Sequence record: NC_000866.4
DNA from: Escherichia phage T4
Strand: one strand, 5' to 3'
DNA length: 64,000 bases
Made by a program: the position numbers and the translations under genes. Position 1 is the first letter of the stretch. Every line of letters starts with the position of its first letter. Of this stretch, positions 1-11,038 are shown one piece after another. The notes under the pieces are model-generated. The model saw nothing but the letters and a program-made list of their open reading frames with translations, had not been told where the DNA came from and ran no database searches.

Positions 1-11
1 AATTTTCCTTA

Positions 12-2189
12 TTAGGCCGCAAGGGCCTTCATAGTTTTAGCGATTTGGGAAACTTCATCATCACTTAAAGAGTTGCGATAACCGATGAAGTCGGAAACAA
101 TACGGAATTTCTTGGTAAACTCAGCAACCATTTTATCACTGTTTTTTGAAGCATTATTTGATAATACATCAAAAAGATTAGTTACTGTCCAAATGTCATG
201 ACCGATGGTATCTTTTCCACCATTAAAATATACACCCTGTAATGAACTAACCATATTAGCGAGTCGTGTATATTCTTCAGAAACTTCATCTATACTGAAG
301 TACTTCATCATAAAATCTAACTCAGGATACTTGATAATTTTATCAATATATCGTTTAGCTGAACTTGAATAACCTACATACTTATCATAATCTACATCAT
401 CAAAAGCATCTACATATAAATCACGCAAAGCTTCAAAAATACATTGGCACTGACCGAGTTCTTTTACCTTTTTCTGTAAAAGCGGACGAATAACATAAAA
501 TTCATTAATGCCAATAAGATTAGCCATACGAATCAAAATATTCATAGATGGATGACAAAGAGATGTAGTACCATCCATAGAGAAAATATCAGAACGATGC
601 ATATACGCTACATAACCAGTAATTTCATCTGCTTCTGATGTGAGGCGTAAATAATTCCTCTTTTCCCAGCGCCCGTCTTTAATTTCAAACTTAAACGCTG
701 TAGCAGCTTTAGGACGAGGAGCTTTACTTTTAACTACCTTTGGAATATAACTTTTTACTAAAGCTTCAATTTCTGACAAATAATGAATGTTAACTTCATC
801 ACTTTCAAACATCGCCATAATATCAGGAAGCAAATCAATCTGCGATTCTACTTCTGGATTAATAAACAGAAGACGTTCGTTATGATGAATATTCAAAGTG
901 TTATTAAATTCACTATCATCTAACGCACGTGCTAATCCACGGACAATATTAACACGATTTTTAATATTATCAATAACGATATTAATTTTTGTTGTATTAA
1001 TACCAAACAGACGATAACTTGATGCAACGGCTGAAGTTTCATGACTTTGCTTAATGCGCTTCAGTCGAGGGTCAAGATTTACTTCATACACAACTCCCGC
1101 GTTGCATAACTTACTGTCAGGTTCAAACATGCTCTGCATCTTTTTATATGACAGATTTTTAGTCGTGAATTTGACTGAATTACTAATCATATAATCTCGA
1201 GCAGAATACCCCATCTTCATCAATTCACGATATGTGTGACGAGGAGATGTAGATTCTTTAAATCGTTTTACATCTTCATTAAATGCTTTCTCACTGAGTT
1301 CTTTAACTCGTTCAATAATATTTTTACGAGTGCGATCATCCAGTGAAAGAGCCTCGCGAGATGGAGCAATATCAAGTGAACCCATTGGAAACTTAATGTA
1401 ATTCACTTCATTGCGAATGCTTAGCCAGTTACGGTCTCTAATAACACCATCGATAGGATAAACAATACCACCGTAGATAGCATATAATCCACCACGATCA
1501 GGCCAGTATCTTTCTGGATTTACACCGTAATAGTCATCAAAATCCGGAAAATAATCAATTTCGCGGTCAAGACCATTAATGATAGCCAAATCTTTGAACG
1601 GTCGCATGATATAAGAAACTTCATAAGCAAAGTTTCTAAAGTCTTTTTCTTCAACTGGAACTACGATTTCAATACCAGTTTTATCATCTGGACCCATTTC
1701 TTTTACGAATGTAGGTTTAATCTGTGGACCATCACCATCCATGTAAGCTACATAACCACGAATTTCACCTTTATGATACGAAGTAATACTAAACGTATCA
1801 GTATAACTAAACGGAGATTTAGAACCTAAACCAAATCCGCCAATAAAGTCATTAGATTCAGCTTTAGATGAACTGAAGTATGAATTATACAACCCAGGAG
1901 AATTATCATCACCTTGAATATCAAAATCACTCATACCCGGACCAAAATCTCGACAAACAAATCGTGGGTCTAAACGTCCAGGAACTTGTATGATAAATTT
2001 TTCAGGATTTCCATTAAGTGCATGAGCATCAATCATGTTAGTAATCAATTCACGGACTACTGCGCGAATCTTGTTTGTATACAAATCAGATGACAGAATT
2101 TTAAATACTTTAGGAGATGCTGTGATGCTAAATGCTTTTGATTTAGAACCATTACCAAGAATTGTTTCTTTTTCAGTGGTGATAATCAT
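12..2189 (-). CDS. rIIA: rIIA protein, 725 aa, GHKL-type ATPase-like N-terminal region
   Basis: 725-aa [11 protein letters not shown]..., ATG at 2187-2189; length and sequence match T4-type rIIA; motif [10 protein letters not shown]. Confidence 0.93.
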
Positions 2190-2199
2190 AATTTCCTCA

Positions 2200-2403
2200 T
2201 TAATTCATATTACGCTTAATAACTTCAGCAACTTCTAGTAGTTCATCTTTAGTTGCGGTGTCGGATTGAATTTTATCTCTAATATCTTTAAAGCGGGTTT
2301 TAAATTCTTCGGCTTCTCCCATATCGAAAAAGCGTTGAATGATTCTATATTCTCGATGAACTGCTTTATCAAAAAGTTCTAAATTTACTTTATATGATTT
2401 CAT
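2200..2403 (-). CDS. hypothetical small protein (rIIA.1 position)
   Basis: 67-aa ORF packed between rIIA and gene 60. Confidence 0.6.
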
Positions 2404-2457
2404 TTCAATATCCTCATTTGCCCAATTAATTATACCACATCCTTGTGGTAAAGTAAA

Positions 2458-2990
2458 CTACTGGCTCATCCATTCTTTACGAAGGTCAGCATTATCTCCC
2501 ATGAGCATTTCAAAAAGCTCTTTCCAGTTCTCAGGAAGTTTAACAACATCATATACTGGGTTTTGAATCATCTCACGATATTCAGATTTTTCCAAAGAGC
2601 CAAGTCCCTTAATATAACGGATGCTATGTTTAGGTAGAGCATCTTTGGCACTCTCATATTCAGCGACTGTATAAAACCATTCTTGTTTTTTACCGACCTG
2701 AGCGATGATTACAGGAGTTTTGACAAAGCGAATTCGTCCTTGCTCAAACAATTCTGGCCAATTACTAAAAAATCCGAGCAGAGAAGGATAAATAGAACCT
2801 AATCCAATAATCTCTTAATTATGAGGTATTTCTATAGATAGCCCGAAGGCTATCCATCGTGATCTGCGTCTGTCATAATAGCGACATTCGCATAGTTCAT
2901 TGAAGAGGATTTAATAGAACGACGAACATTGTTCTGCAATTTATATTTTTTCATATCAACGCTAGAAGAATCAATTTTTACAAATTTCAT
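2458..2990 (-). CDS. 60: DNA topoisomerase II subunit gp60, translated across a 50-nt coding gap
   Basis: Two ORF-track pieces (2850..3041 holding MKFVKIDSS...MTDADHDG then stop; 2458..2751 holding the C-terminal part) separated by the classic bypass sequence; ATG at 2988-2990. Confidence 0.9.
2803..2855 (-). other. translational bypass (hop) element: take-off GGA, UAG stop, UUCG-loop hairpin, landing GGA
   Basis: Minus-strand sequence GGA UAG CCUUCGGGCUAUCUAUAGAAAUACCUCAUAAUUAAGAGAUUAUU GGA read directly; take-off GGA at 2853-2855, stop at 2850-2852, landing GGA at 2803-2805. Confidence 0.88.
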
Positions 2991-3351
2991 TATACACCTC
3001 ATAGAACTTTTCATCAGGAATCCAACCGCGTTTAAATTCATTAAATGCTCGGCCGAATAATTTTGAATTCACAGTTATATTATTAACTGATTTCCATTTA
3101 GCAACTCCCGTTCGTTTATAATGATCGGGGTCATATTTCGTGACGTACCATTCATATAAATTTGGTATTAATTTTACAGCCTCTGGATTTGTCGCTGATT
3201 TATTATACCATGGTTTCGCTTTTTCAAGTTCAGCTGCTTTTGCAGTAGCAGCAACAGTATTTCCAACACCAACTAATTTTTCAGTTTTAATGCGTGGATC
3301 ATTAACATGAAGACGAAAAACTTCGCCCTTTTCATTTTTAAAGCATGTCAT
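2971..3351 (-). pseudogene. mobA: mobA-like truncated homing-endonuclease remnant
   Basis: 126-aa ORF between genes 60 and 39; upstream 3352-3777 has no intact ORF on either strand. Confidence 0.45.
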
Positions 3352-3777
3352 GCCTTTAATTCCAGGAAGCTTAACACCTTTATTAACACCGCATCATTCC
3401 TTTGGGTTAAATGATCCTTTAATTAATAAGGCGCATTTACCCGATTTAACTACTTCTCATTCAACAACTTTATCTTTCATAACGTTTTTTGACCATTCAG
3501 ATACTGCTCTTTGATGGCTAAATTCTAGCAATTTCACTATAATTTGCACTAGAACGTAAACTATTTTTCAGTGTTTCAACATTCTATTCATCGCATATGC
3601 CATTTCACGATTACGATGAATTTTATATAGTAGAAAATAGTGCTAAAAAGTGTTCACGAAAAGTCATGTTTCACCAAATTTTCGTTATCATCAGAACCTC
3701 CCATTGATCTTGGAAGGATATGATGAATTTCACCCTTAAATTTAGAAACGCGGGTTTTACCCCGCACTATTAAGTCA

Positions 3778-5328
3778 TTATAGATTTTTTCGTAATTCAC
3801 CTACTGTTATCCATTTACCATTAATCTGTACTTCATCATTTTCATTTACGATAATTGTATCGCCATTTAGCTCGAAAGTAAACCACTCGCCATCTTCTTT
3901 TTCTTCAAACGCTTTTTCACCGAGAACTAGACCAGTGATTGCGCAAATATCAAATAGTTCTTTGTTTTTAAGCATATCTGCATAAGACATACCCCAACTG
4001 TTGAGAACTTTACCACGCAATGGATAACCACCGTGAAGTTCTTTATCACGAACATCAATAAGATATCCGATAGCCGAATCACCCTCAGTCAAGAAAAGAG
4101 TAGTATCAGCATCTTTACCGCAAAGATTCGCTTTGATATGTTTATGAACCTTAGCTTTAGAAGCCTTTTTAGCTGCTTTAGTTTCTGCTGCTTTTTCTGC
4201 CGCCAATTTACGAGCCAAAGCAGCTTCAATAATCGGCATTAGAATTGCTTCATTATTTAGAATATCACGTGAAATCTTTTTAGCATCAAGTTGAATATGA
4301 CTACGAATTTCGCCAAATGGAGAAGTCAAACGCTCTTTAGTTTGACGAATCAATCGCATGTTTTTCATATCACGAACAAACATAACGATAGTCAAACATT
4401 CTTTGACACGTGCTTTAGTCACATCAATTTTGAACTTACGTTTGATTTGTGGAATAAGGTCTTCACAAATATCATCCATAGCGCAGTCAATGTGATGGCC
4501 ACCATTCTTAGTATGAATGTTATTGACGTATGTTAATTGACGAAAACCATCCGGTGAACGACCAACCGCAATAGAACAATTTTCTTGCTCTTGAACAATA
4601 GCATGTTCATCATACTGCCGTGCATATTTCTTAAAATTGCCCTGAACCTTTTTACCATTAAAGGTAAATTGAATATCAGGATAAACTACAGCAAGTGTCT
4701 GGAGACGATCCAGTGTAATGTCAAGATAAACTTGGGACAGCTCATTAGTTTCAAATGACATAAAATCAGGAATGAAAGTAACACGAGTTCCTTTCCATTT
4801 TCCAGGAATATCTTCCCATGATTTATTTTCCATGCCATTTGAACAACGAACTACAATATTATTTTGACCGTCGCCAGTTTCACCGACAAACATCACAGAA
4901 AAAATGTTTGTCAAACTAGAACCAACACCGTTCATACCGCCGGTGACGCGTTCTTTATCATCACCAAAGTTACCACCTGCTTTTGGAATAGTCCATGCGG
5001 CAACAGGACCAGGAATTTCTTCACCGGTAGGTGTTTTAACCATCGCTTGTGGAATACCGCGACCGTTATCTTCAACTGTTACTTGATTGTTTTTAATAGT
5101 AACATTAATTTTATTCGCGAATTTAAACTTAGTACGAATACCTTCATCTACTGAGTTATCGATAATTTCATCAATAAGCTTAACAAGACCAGGTACATAC
5201 TGAACACTTTCCCATTTACCAAACATAAAGCGCTCATGCGTTTCATTAGCAGAAGAGCCAATGTACATGCCACTACGCTTTTTGATATGTTCAATATCGC
5301 TCAGAATTTTAATTTCATTCTTAATCAT
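3778..5328 (-). CDS. 39: DNA topoisomerase II large subunit gp39 (GyrB-like ATPase)
   Basis: ORF MIKNEIKILSDIEHIKKRSGMYIGSS..., GHKL ATPase motifs; ORF-track start is GTG at 5329-5331, ATG at 5326-5328 gives 516 aa. Confidence 0.94.
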   Translation of the reverse strand: MIKNEIKILSDIEHIKKRSGMYIGSSANETHERFMFGKWESVQYVPGLVKLIDEIIDNSVDEGIRTKFKFANKINVTIKNNQVTVEDNGRGIPQAMVKTPTGEEIPGPVAAWTIPKAGGNFGDDKERVTGGMNGVGSSLTNIFSVMFVGETGDGQNNIVVRCSNGMENKSWEDIPGKWKGTRVTFIPDFMSFETNELSQVYLDITLDRLQTLAVVYPDIQFTFNGKKVQGNFKKYARQYDEHAIVQEQENCSIAVGRSPDGFRQLTYVNNIHTKNGGHHIDCAMDDICEDLIPQIKRKFKIDVTKARVKECLTIVMFVRDMKNMRLIRQTKERLTSPFGEIRSHIQLDAKKISRDILNNEAILMPIIEAALARKLAAEKAAETKAAKKASKAKVHKHIKANLCGKDADTTLFLTEGDSAIGYLIDVRDKELHGGYPLRGKVLNSWGMSYADMLKNKELFDICAITGLVLGEKAFEEKEDGEWFTFELNGDTIIVNENDEVQINGKWITVGELRKNL

Positions 5329-5397
5329 CACTTATCCTCGTTTGGTTTCGGGAATATTATACTCCGGTAATCATAAAGCTAAAGGCCCGAAGGCCTT

Positions 5398-5595
5398 TTA
5401 TTTAAAACGAATAGTTGAATCCTTAAAGAACAGCCCAGAACATACTGTTCCTTCTACTTTCTGCCCGGTAGGTCCAATAGCACGAAATCCAGTATGCTGG
5501 AAATCATTTTCAGAGCAACCGAACCAATTATATCCAGTGATTTCAATATTAGTAAAACCACTTGAAGACAAAACTTTGGTTGCATTAATCAGCAT
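5398..5595 (-). CDS. hypothetical protein (39.1 position)
   Basis: 65-aa ORF followed by a UUCG-loop hairpin. Confidence 0.5.
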   Translation of the reverse strand: MLINATKVLSSSGFTNIEITGYNWFGCSENDFQHTGFRAIGPTGQKVEGTVCSGLFFKDSTIRFK

Positions 5596-5701
5596 CAGTA
5601 CTATTAATTAAAGACACTGCTAATACTAATGCTGCAATTGAACGACTAATATATTTCATAACTACCCTTTAAGCAAGTCGTAAAATCCATTATTCCCATG
5701 C

Positions 5702-5839
5702 TTAGGAAGCGGAAACTAACCGAACAGCCAGCCGATGACAATCAGGACATACACCAGTATCTCTTCCAGAAATTTTCTTGATTTTTTCGTATTCTTTTGC
5801 ACAGTCTTTGGATTGACATTTATAATCATAAAGCGGCAT
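5702..5839 (-). CDS. possible 45-aa zinc-ribbon protein (CxxC...CxxC)
   Basis: Translation gives MPLYDYKCQSKDCAKEYEKIKKISGRDTGVCPDCHRLAVR... only if one extra T is read in a T-run near 5820; the goF ORF-track coordinates imply my reading is 1 nt short in this interval. Confidence 0.35.
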   Translation of the reverse strand: MPLYDYKCQSKDCAKEYEKIKKISGRDTGVCPDCHRLAVRLVSAS

Positions 5840-5841
5840 AA

Positions 5842-6267
5842 TTATTCCTTAAAGTAAGCTTTCAACATCTGATATAAAGACCACGCCTGATCATTATTTT
5901 CAATAGTAACTTTCATGACTGGGAATTCTGTGAAATCTTCTATTTGTTCTTGCTCTTTCTCTTCCTGCTCTTGCTCTTCAACCGCCTGATATGGATTTTC
6001 CACTTCATCAAAGAACCCAGCTTCGTTAGTAGAGAGCCAGATAAAGTTTTCGTCAAGGATATCACCGCCGGCACAACGTTTGAGTACACCTATGGATGTC
6101 ATAATTTTAGTAGGACGCCCAAGATAATCAGCATCTAAAATTTTAAAAGGCTCCATACCTAAACGTCGTGCATAGATTCCGTTATCAGTATGGTCTTTAA
6201 TAAAATTTTCTTGAGCTTGTTTATTTTTAAATTGATACCATTTATTAACTTCAAATTTAATAGCCAT
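5842..6267 (-). CDS. goF: 141-aa protein, probably goF
   Basis: 141-aa [15 protein letters not shown]... at the goF position and length. Confidence 0.6.
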
Positions 6268-6482
6268 TAATAAATTTCCTTCCAGTAAGTTGTGCCGTCT
6301 TCAGTAATTTCACGAAATACACCATAAATTGGCTGTTTATCACCGACTTTCTCATACACATAAACAGAAGTCAAGTGAGTAAACTTGCTAGTATGTTCCT
6401 TTTGAACTACTACCAAATTTGGATCAAATAATACATCTTCAAATTCATCATTAGTGCAATTCTGAACAATTTTACGTTTCAT
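6267..6482 (-). CDS. cef: 71-aa protein, probably cef
   Basis: 71-aa ORF whose stop overlaps the goF start; synteny. Confidence 0.5.
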
Positions 6483-6652
6483 TACAATTTCCTCATTAAT
6501 TGAACAGTGGAGCGATACGTTTCAGAAGAGTATCAACACCTTTAGCGAATTTTCCATTTTATTCTCCAAGTTGTTTTCTGTATCAGTAGTTGATATTGAT
6601 ATAGTACCATAATCAACTACTGATGTATATAGTTTTATGAAAAATTTAAACT

Positions 6653-7141
6653 TTATGCATAGAGAGCATTGCTATAGTGTTTAATCCAACTTTCAGGAAT
6701 GACTTTGTATGTTCCTAAAAATACCACGTTGTACAACTTAACACCATCTTCTACCCATTGATCGGTAATGTATCCACACATAGCGCGAGTATAAACAACC
6801 CTTCCATCATCTTTAATAAAGTTAAATTCACAAGGAGCAATGAACTTGATAGCCTGACCGAGTTTCCACTTAAAGTCTACACCTACATGCGAAGTATCAA
6901 TCGTTTCAATTCCTTTAGCAGGAACAGCTTTTAAAAACGCAGACTCAAGAAATTTCGCACGAACATAGCCAAACTGGGGTTTAGACTTTCCATCTTTAGG
7001 AATGATACGCACTTTTACTTCAGAATCTTCATCTTTAACACCATGCTTAAGCTGAATGCTTACAACTTCGACCAATTTTCCTGCTGCTTTAGAACGGGAT
7101 TTATCAGATACACGAGCTAATTCACCAATATTAATAATCAT
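6653..7141 (-). CDS. motB: 162-aa protein, probably MotB
   Basis: 162-aa ORF with an early promoter upstream; synteny. Confidence 0.6.
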   Translation of the reverse strand: MIINIGELARVSDKSRSKAAGKLVEVVSIQLKHGVKDEDSEVKVRIIPKDGKSKPQFGYVRAKFLESAFLKAVPAKGIETIDTSHVGVDFKWKLGQAIKFIAPCEFNFIKDDGRVVYTRAMCGYITDQWVEDGVKLYNVVFLGTYKVIPESWIKHYSNALYA

Positions 7142-7185
7142 AGTTATCTCTCACTTGTTAAAAAGATTTTATACTCCACGGGACC

Positions 7186-7216
7186 ATTATACTCTGGTCC
7201 CAAGAGTTTGTAAACT
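7186..7216 (-). promoter_or_regulatory. early sigma70-type promoter (GTTTAC -35, TATAAT -10)
   Basis: Minus strand reads GTTTACaaactcttgggaccagagTATAAT upstream of 6653..7141. Confidence 0.6.
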
Positions 7217-7290
7217 ATTAATTCAAAATAGCTACCACTGCACTACGAGGAACTACGGAGTACTCTCCAGCATGAACTACGTTCAGAAGT

Positions 7291-7650
7291 TCAACGCCAT
7301 CTTCCAATCCATTGGTCAGTTACCCAACCACCAATCGGATTCGCAAATGGACGACGAATGTAAACTGCCTTACACAACAAATCAGTCGGGTCTTCAGGTT
7401 TTTCAATTTCTGTCAATAGATTAAAATCTTCTTCATAGATGATGAATGATGATACCCTTCCATAATAGTTTCTAATTTCCATGTACACTGTACCAATGAG
7501 AATTCCACTATTAACACTAATGACAGTAAAAGGATATCCGCCAGTTGTACCAAGAAGTTCCCAAAATTTGCTATCAGTCGTATTCGACATTGTCTGAAAA
7601 TCAATTTCAGATGGTTTTTTCATTTGATACGCAGTATTAATTTTAATCAT
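7291..7650 (-). CDS. hypothetical protein
   Basis: 119-aa ORF in the minus-strand array. Confidence 0.55.
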   Translation of the reverse strand: MIKINTAYQMKKPSEIDFQTMSNTTDSKFWELLGTTGGYPFTVISVNSGILIGTVYMEIRNYYGRVSSFIIYEEDFNLLTEIEKPEDPTDLLCKAVYIRRPFANPIGGWVTDQWIGRWR

Positions 7651-7660
7651 AATTTTCTCT

Positions 7661-8200
7661 TTAGTTTAAGGTAATAAAGCCTTTTAGTTCGGCATAGGAT
7701 TTACGGAACATTACTTGATGCCCGCCAATGATAACTTGGTCATCTGGTACTTCGTATACAGCAAGATAAAATCCTTTCGAAGCTAATTCTTCACGCTCTT
7801 CTCGTGTGAACCATTTCATCATATCATATTCGCTAGCAAAAGCAAAATGATAAAGAGCTACAAACCATCCGGGAATATGATATTCTACTCCAACATAATC
7901 TTTCTTGAACTTAGTATTAATTACGATATTAGCATTTTTAACTAATAGTTTGTCTTCGTGCGGCACAGGAATTCTTTTATTATCATTACTATGATGCATA
8001 AAATTAGGTCTGTCATAACCTACATGTAATAACCACTCTTCACTCCATGAATCTATTATACTTCTATACGGCGTTATTTGAACACAAAGATCTCGGCGTA
8101 TTGTTATAGCGTCTTCATAATTAAGAATACTAAACGATGATTCAACACGATAAATTTTCATTTTATTATCCTCAGTAGCTATGGTGTTATAGTACCACAA
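7661..8200 (-). CDS. hypothetical protein
   Basis: 179-aa ORF in the minus-strand array; true start may be an internal Met. Confidence 0.55.
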   Translation of the reverse strand: MWYYNTIATEDNKMKIYRVESSFSILNYEDAITIRRDLCVQITPYRSIIDSWSEEWLLHVGYDRPNFMHHSNDNKRIPVPHEDKLLVKNANIVINTKFKKDYVGVEYHIPGWFVALYHFAFASEYDMMKWFTREEREELASKGFYLAVYEVPDDQVIIGGHQVMFRKSYAELKGFITLN

Positions 8201-8224
8201 CTAACCGAGGAAGTAAACAACTTT

Positions 8225-8908
8225 TTATCGTTTTGTTGGAAGAGATAGAGGATCGCATTCTTCCTCTGATGGAGCATCTTCAAGACCCATAGCATATCGC
8301 AAAGCATACTTCATCATCAGGATGTCTTTCGCACAGTCATGAATAGAATCATGTGCAACGAATCCATCTAAAGTTCCCTTTGGAAGAGGACACGTTGTCA
8401 TATCACGAACAAGCAGAAGTGCTTCAATTCTAGTACGAATATCACGCTGATTCCAAAATTTACAAGGTTCTAACTTAAATGTATCAAGCTCATTCTCGGA
8501 AACGCCGTTAAGACGTTGAATATCGCGAATAAGATCGACTAAAATTGGAAAATCAAACGACATTCCACGGCACCAGCCTTGAGATTTCCAAGGATCGATA
8601 TTATGTGCATTGATGTAATCATTAAATTTTGCAATACCGTCGATAGTGCTTACATCTTCATCGGATGGTGCAATATTTTTTCGAGCTTCAGGAGATTGAT
8701 TCTTCCACCATTCGATAGTACTTTTAGTAAAAAGACGGTGTCCTTTTTGGCTTTTTAAATCAAATTTGATTTTAATGCCACGTGAAACTAATTCATCGAA
8801 TGTTTCAACTACTTCTGGATTAGGGTCAAAAGCAATTACAGCCAAATCAATAACCGCTGCTTTTTCACCACTTCCCATTGTTTCAAAATCTATAATAAAA
8901 TCAAACAT
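8225..8908 (-). CDS. dexA: exonuclease A (DnaQ-like 3'-5' exonuclease)
   Basis: 227-aa ORF MFDFIIDFETMG... with DxE exonuclease motif. Confidence 0.88.
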   Translation of the reverse strand: MFDFIIDFETMGSGEKAAVIDLAVIAFDPNPEVVETFDELVSRGIKIKFDLKSQKGHRLFTKSTIEWWKNQSPEARKNIAPSDEDVSTIDGIAKFNDYINAHNIDPWKSQGWCRGMSFDFPILVDLIRDIQRLNGVSENELDTFKLEPCKFWNQRDIRTRIEALLLVRDMTTCPLPKGTLDGFVAHDSIHDCAKDILMMKYALRYAMGLEDAPSEEECDPLSLPTKR

Positions 8909-9165
8909 TAAATTTTCCTCGCTAAATCACGAATTTGACCTACAGTATAGTCTTGAATATAAACTTTATTAATAGGCTCATCAATAAATTTTGCCATAGA
9001 TTCAATATCTTTTTGTATTTCTTCAAGACTGTATACTATCTTTGAAGCTTTTTCGCGAATAGTGATATTTTCAGGACCCGGATTTTCTTGAATGACAACT
9101 TTAACATTTGTCATAAGAGATTTAAACTGGTACCAACTTAATTCAATCATTAATAATCGCCTCAT
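8908..9165 (-). CDS. hypothetical protein
   Basis: 85-aa ORF, start overlaps upstream stop. Confidence 0.55.
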   Translation of the reverse strand: MRRLLMIELSWYQFKSLMTNVKVVIQENPGPENITIREKASKIVYSLEEIQKDIESMAKFIDEPINKVYIQDYTVGQIRDLARKI

Positions 9166-9403
9166 AAAGATAGCTAATTTCGCCTAAAACATAATCATTG
9201 ATTGTAACAGTTTTAACTTCACCGCAAAAGAATTCTAACGCAATTAAATCTCGTTCAATTTCTTCTAATTGAAGCATCAACTTACTAGATTCAATTTTTA
9301 CAGTTTCACGATTTTTGCTATAAGCTATTTCATAAATTTCGCTTACTTTATCTTGAAGAAGATAAAACTGATCTTTAGTTATTTCCACGAATAGCTTCCT
9401 CAA
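9143..9403 (-). CDS. hypothetical protein
   Basis: 86-aa ORF. Confidence 0.55.
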   Translation of the reverse strand: MRKLFVEITKDQFYLLQDKVSEIYEIAYSKNRETVKIESSKLMLQLEEIERDLIALEFFCGEVKTVTINDYVLGEISYLYEAIIND

Positions 9404-9409
9404 ATTTAA

Positions 9410-10729
9410 TCATACATAAAACACATCATAACGACCACGGGTGACACCAACATAAAGAAGTTGTTGAGCTAATTCAACATCTGCATAATGAATACAAGGC
9501 GTATAAATGAAAGCACGGTCTACAGACATACCCTGCGCTTTATGGAATGTTGATGCAGGAAGTGCTTTCACTTTACTAAACTGTGATTTAGCATCCCAAA
9601 AATCACTCCACGGAGCTTTTCCGCCTTTGTTCCAATTTTTATAAGTTTCTGCTGTTTTAGCTAAAAATAGGTTAAACTTATACAATTCTTCGTCAGATGA
9701 AATTATTTTAATCTTTTCACGATAATATTCATCATCGCCATAAGTTTCTACTGTTAAATCCCAATGACGAATTAGATATTCTCCAGGAACACCACGGGCT
9801 TTAACAAACGTTGATGTATACTCTGCTTCTATAATACGAACTAATTGTCCGTTATTAAAAATAATTTCTGACACAGGCTTTCCATCAATTTTATATGTTT
9901 TAAATAATGGTTCCTGCATTACAATAATTTCACCGACAATAAAATCTTTATCAGTTTCAAAAATCTTTTTACGAATAATGCTATTTAACTTGTCAACAGA
10001 TTTATTCGTAAATGCCATTACGCGATTTTCAAACAAATCATCTAGTGATTTGACGATTGAAAAATAATTTACCATAAAATCGCGTAAAGCGGTATCACCA
10101 GTAAATCCACGTACTCCATGCCCGTCAACAACTTTATCATAATTCCACTTACCGTTGCGAACGTCAGTAGCTACATCAATAATAGGAGCATTACTGCGTT
10201 TAACTTCAGTGAGTTCACACTGATAAAAATCTTTATGTGTAAAGAATGGACTGATATAAGCAGTATTTTCTCCTGGTTCAACAGGTCTGATTTGCTTATT
10301 ATCCCCTATTCCAATTATAGTACACCAAGGTGGAATAGTTGAAAGCAGAATTTTAAATAGCTTTCTATCATACATTGACACTTCGTCGCAGATTAATACT
10401 CTGCATTTGGCTAAATCAGGTACTTCTTTTTGTTCAAAAAGAACATTTTCTTCATATGTTACTGGGTTAATTTTAAGAATACTATGAATAGTACTCGCTT
10501 CTTTCCCTGATAGTTTTGAAAGAATCTTTTTAGCTGCATGTGTAGGAGCTGCTAAAATAATACCAGTTCCACCCGTAGATATTAAAGCTTCAATGATGAA
10601 CTTAGTAAGAGTAGTCTTACCGGTACCAGCAGGTCCATTAATAGTTACATGATGTTTCTTTTCTTTAATAGCCTTCATAACAATGTTAAAGGCATTTTTC
10701 TGGCCTTCGGTCAAATCATCAAATGTCAT
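9410..10729 (-). CDS. dda: Dda DNA helicase (SF1)
   Basis: 439-aa ORF, Walker A GPAGTGKT. Confidence 0.94.
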   Translation of the reverse strand: MTFDDLTEGQKNAFNIVMKAIKEKKHHVTINGPAGTGKTTLTKFIIEALISTGGTGIILAAPTHAAKKILSKLSGKEASTIHSILKINPVTYEENVLFEQKEVPDLAKCRVLICDEVSMYDRKLFKILLSTIPPWCTIIGIGDNKQIRPVEPGENTAYISPFFTHKDFYQCELTEVKRSNAPIIDVATDVRNGKWNYDKVVDGHGVRGFTGDTALRDFMVNYFSIVKSLDDLFENRVMAFTNKSVDKLNSIIRKKIFETDKDFIVGEIIVMQEPLFKTYKIDGKPVSEIIFNNGQLVRIIEAEYTSTFVKARGVPGEYLIRHWDLTVETYGDDEYYREKIKIISSDEELYKFNLFLAKTAETYKNWNKGGKAPWSDFWDAKSQFSKVKALPASTFHKAQGMSVDRAFIYTPCIHYADVELAQQLLYVGVTRGRYDVFYV

Positions 10730-11037
10730 CGTAAATTCCCTGCAATTGGTATACTAACAATACGCCCAGTATCTAAAATTCGCTGATATAATCTTTGCGT
10801 GTCTACGTCAGGCTTAACATGTTTAACTTCTATTTTATTAAACCAAAATTTACGTGGAGTCTCAACTAATCTTGGAATTCCCTTACCTAAAGCTAATCGA
10901 TACTGCTCTTTAAGAGTGGTAAATACTTTATCAGCAATCTTCCATTCAAAAAATACAGCAGGACGATGTTCATCAAGCGGAACTGGCGCTGTAAATCCGT
11001 CTTTGTCTCGGTAAACTATCGCATATACATAAACCAT
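10726..11037 (-). CDS. hypothetical protein
   Basis: 103-aa ORF. Confidence 0.6.
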   Translation of the reverse strand: MVYVYAIVYRDKDGFTAPVPLDEHRPAVFFEWKIADKVFTTLKEQYRLALGKGIPRLVETPRKFWFNKIEVKHVKPDVDTQRLYQRILDTGRIVSIPIAGNLR

Positions 11038-11038
11038 A

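Noticed and set aside
4033-5154. Plus-strand ORFs (4033..4242, 4291..4536, 4864..5154, 4904..5086) inside gene 39
   Set aside because: They lie antisense within a well-supported CDS, have low-complexity composition and no RBS; typical spurious antisense ORFs.
5596-5900. Coordinate mismatch of 1 nt between my reading and the ORF track around the goF 3' end
   Set aside because: Most likely my own misreading of T- and C-runs; treated as a caveat on by-eye coordinates, not as biology.
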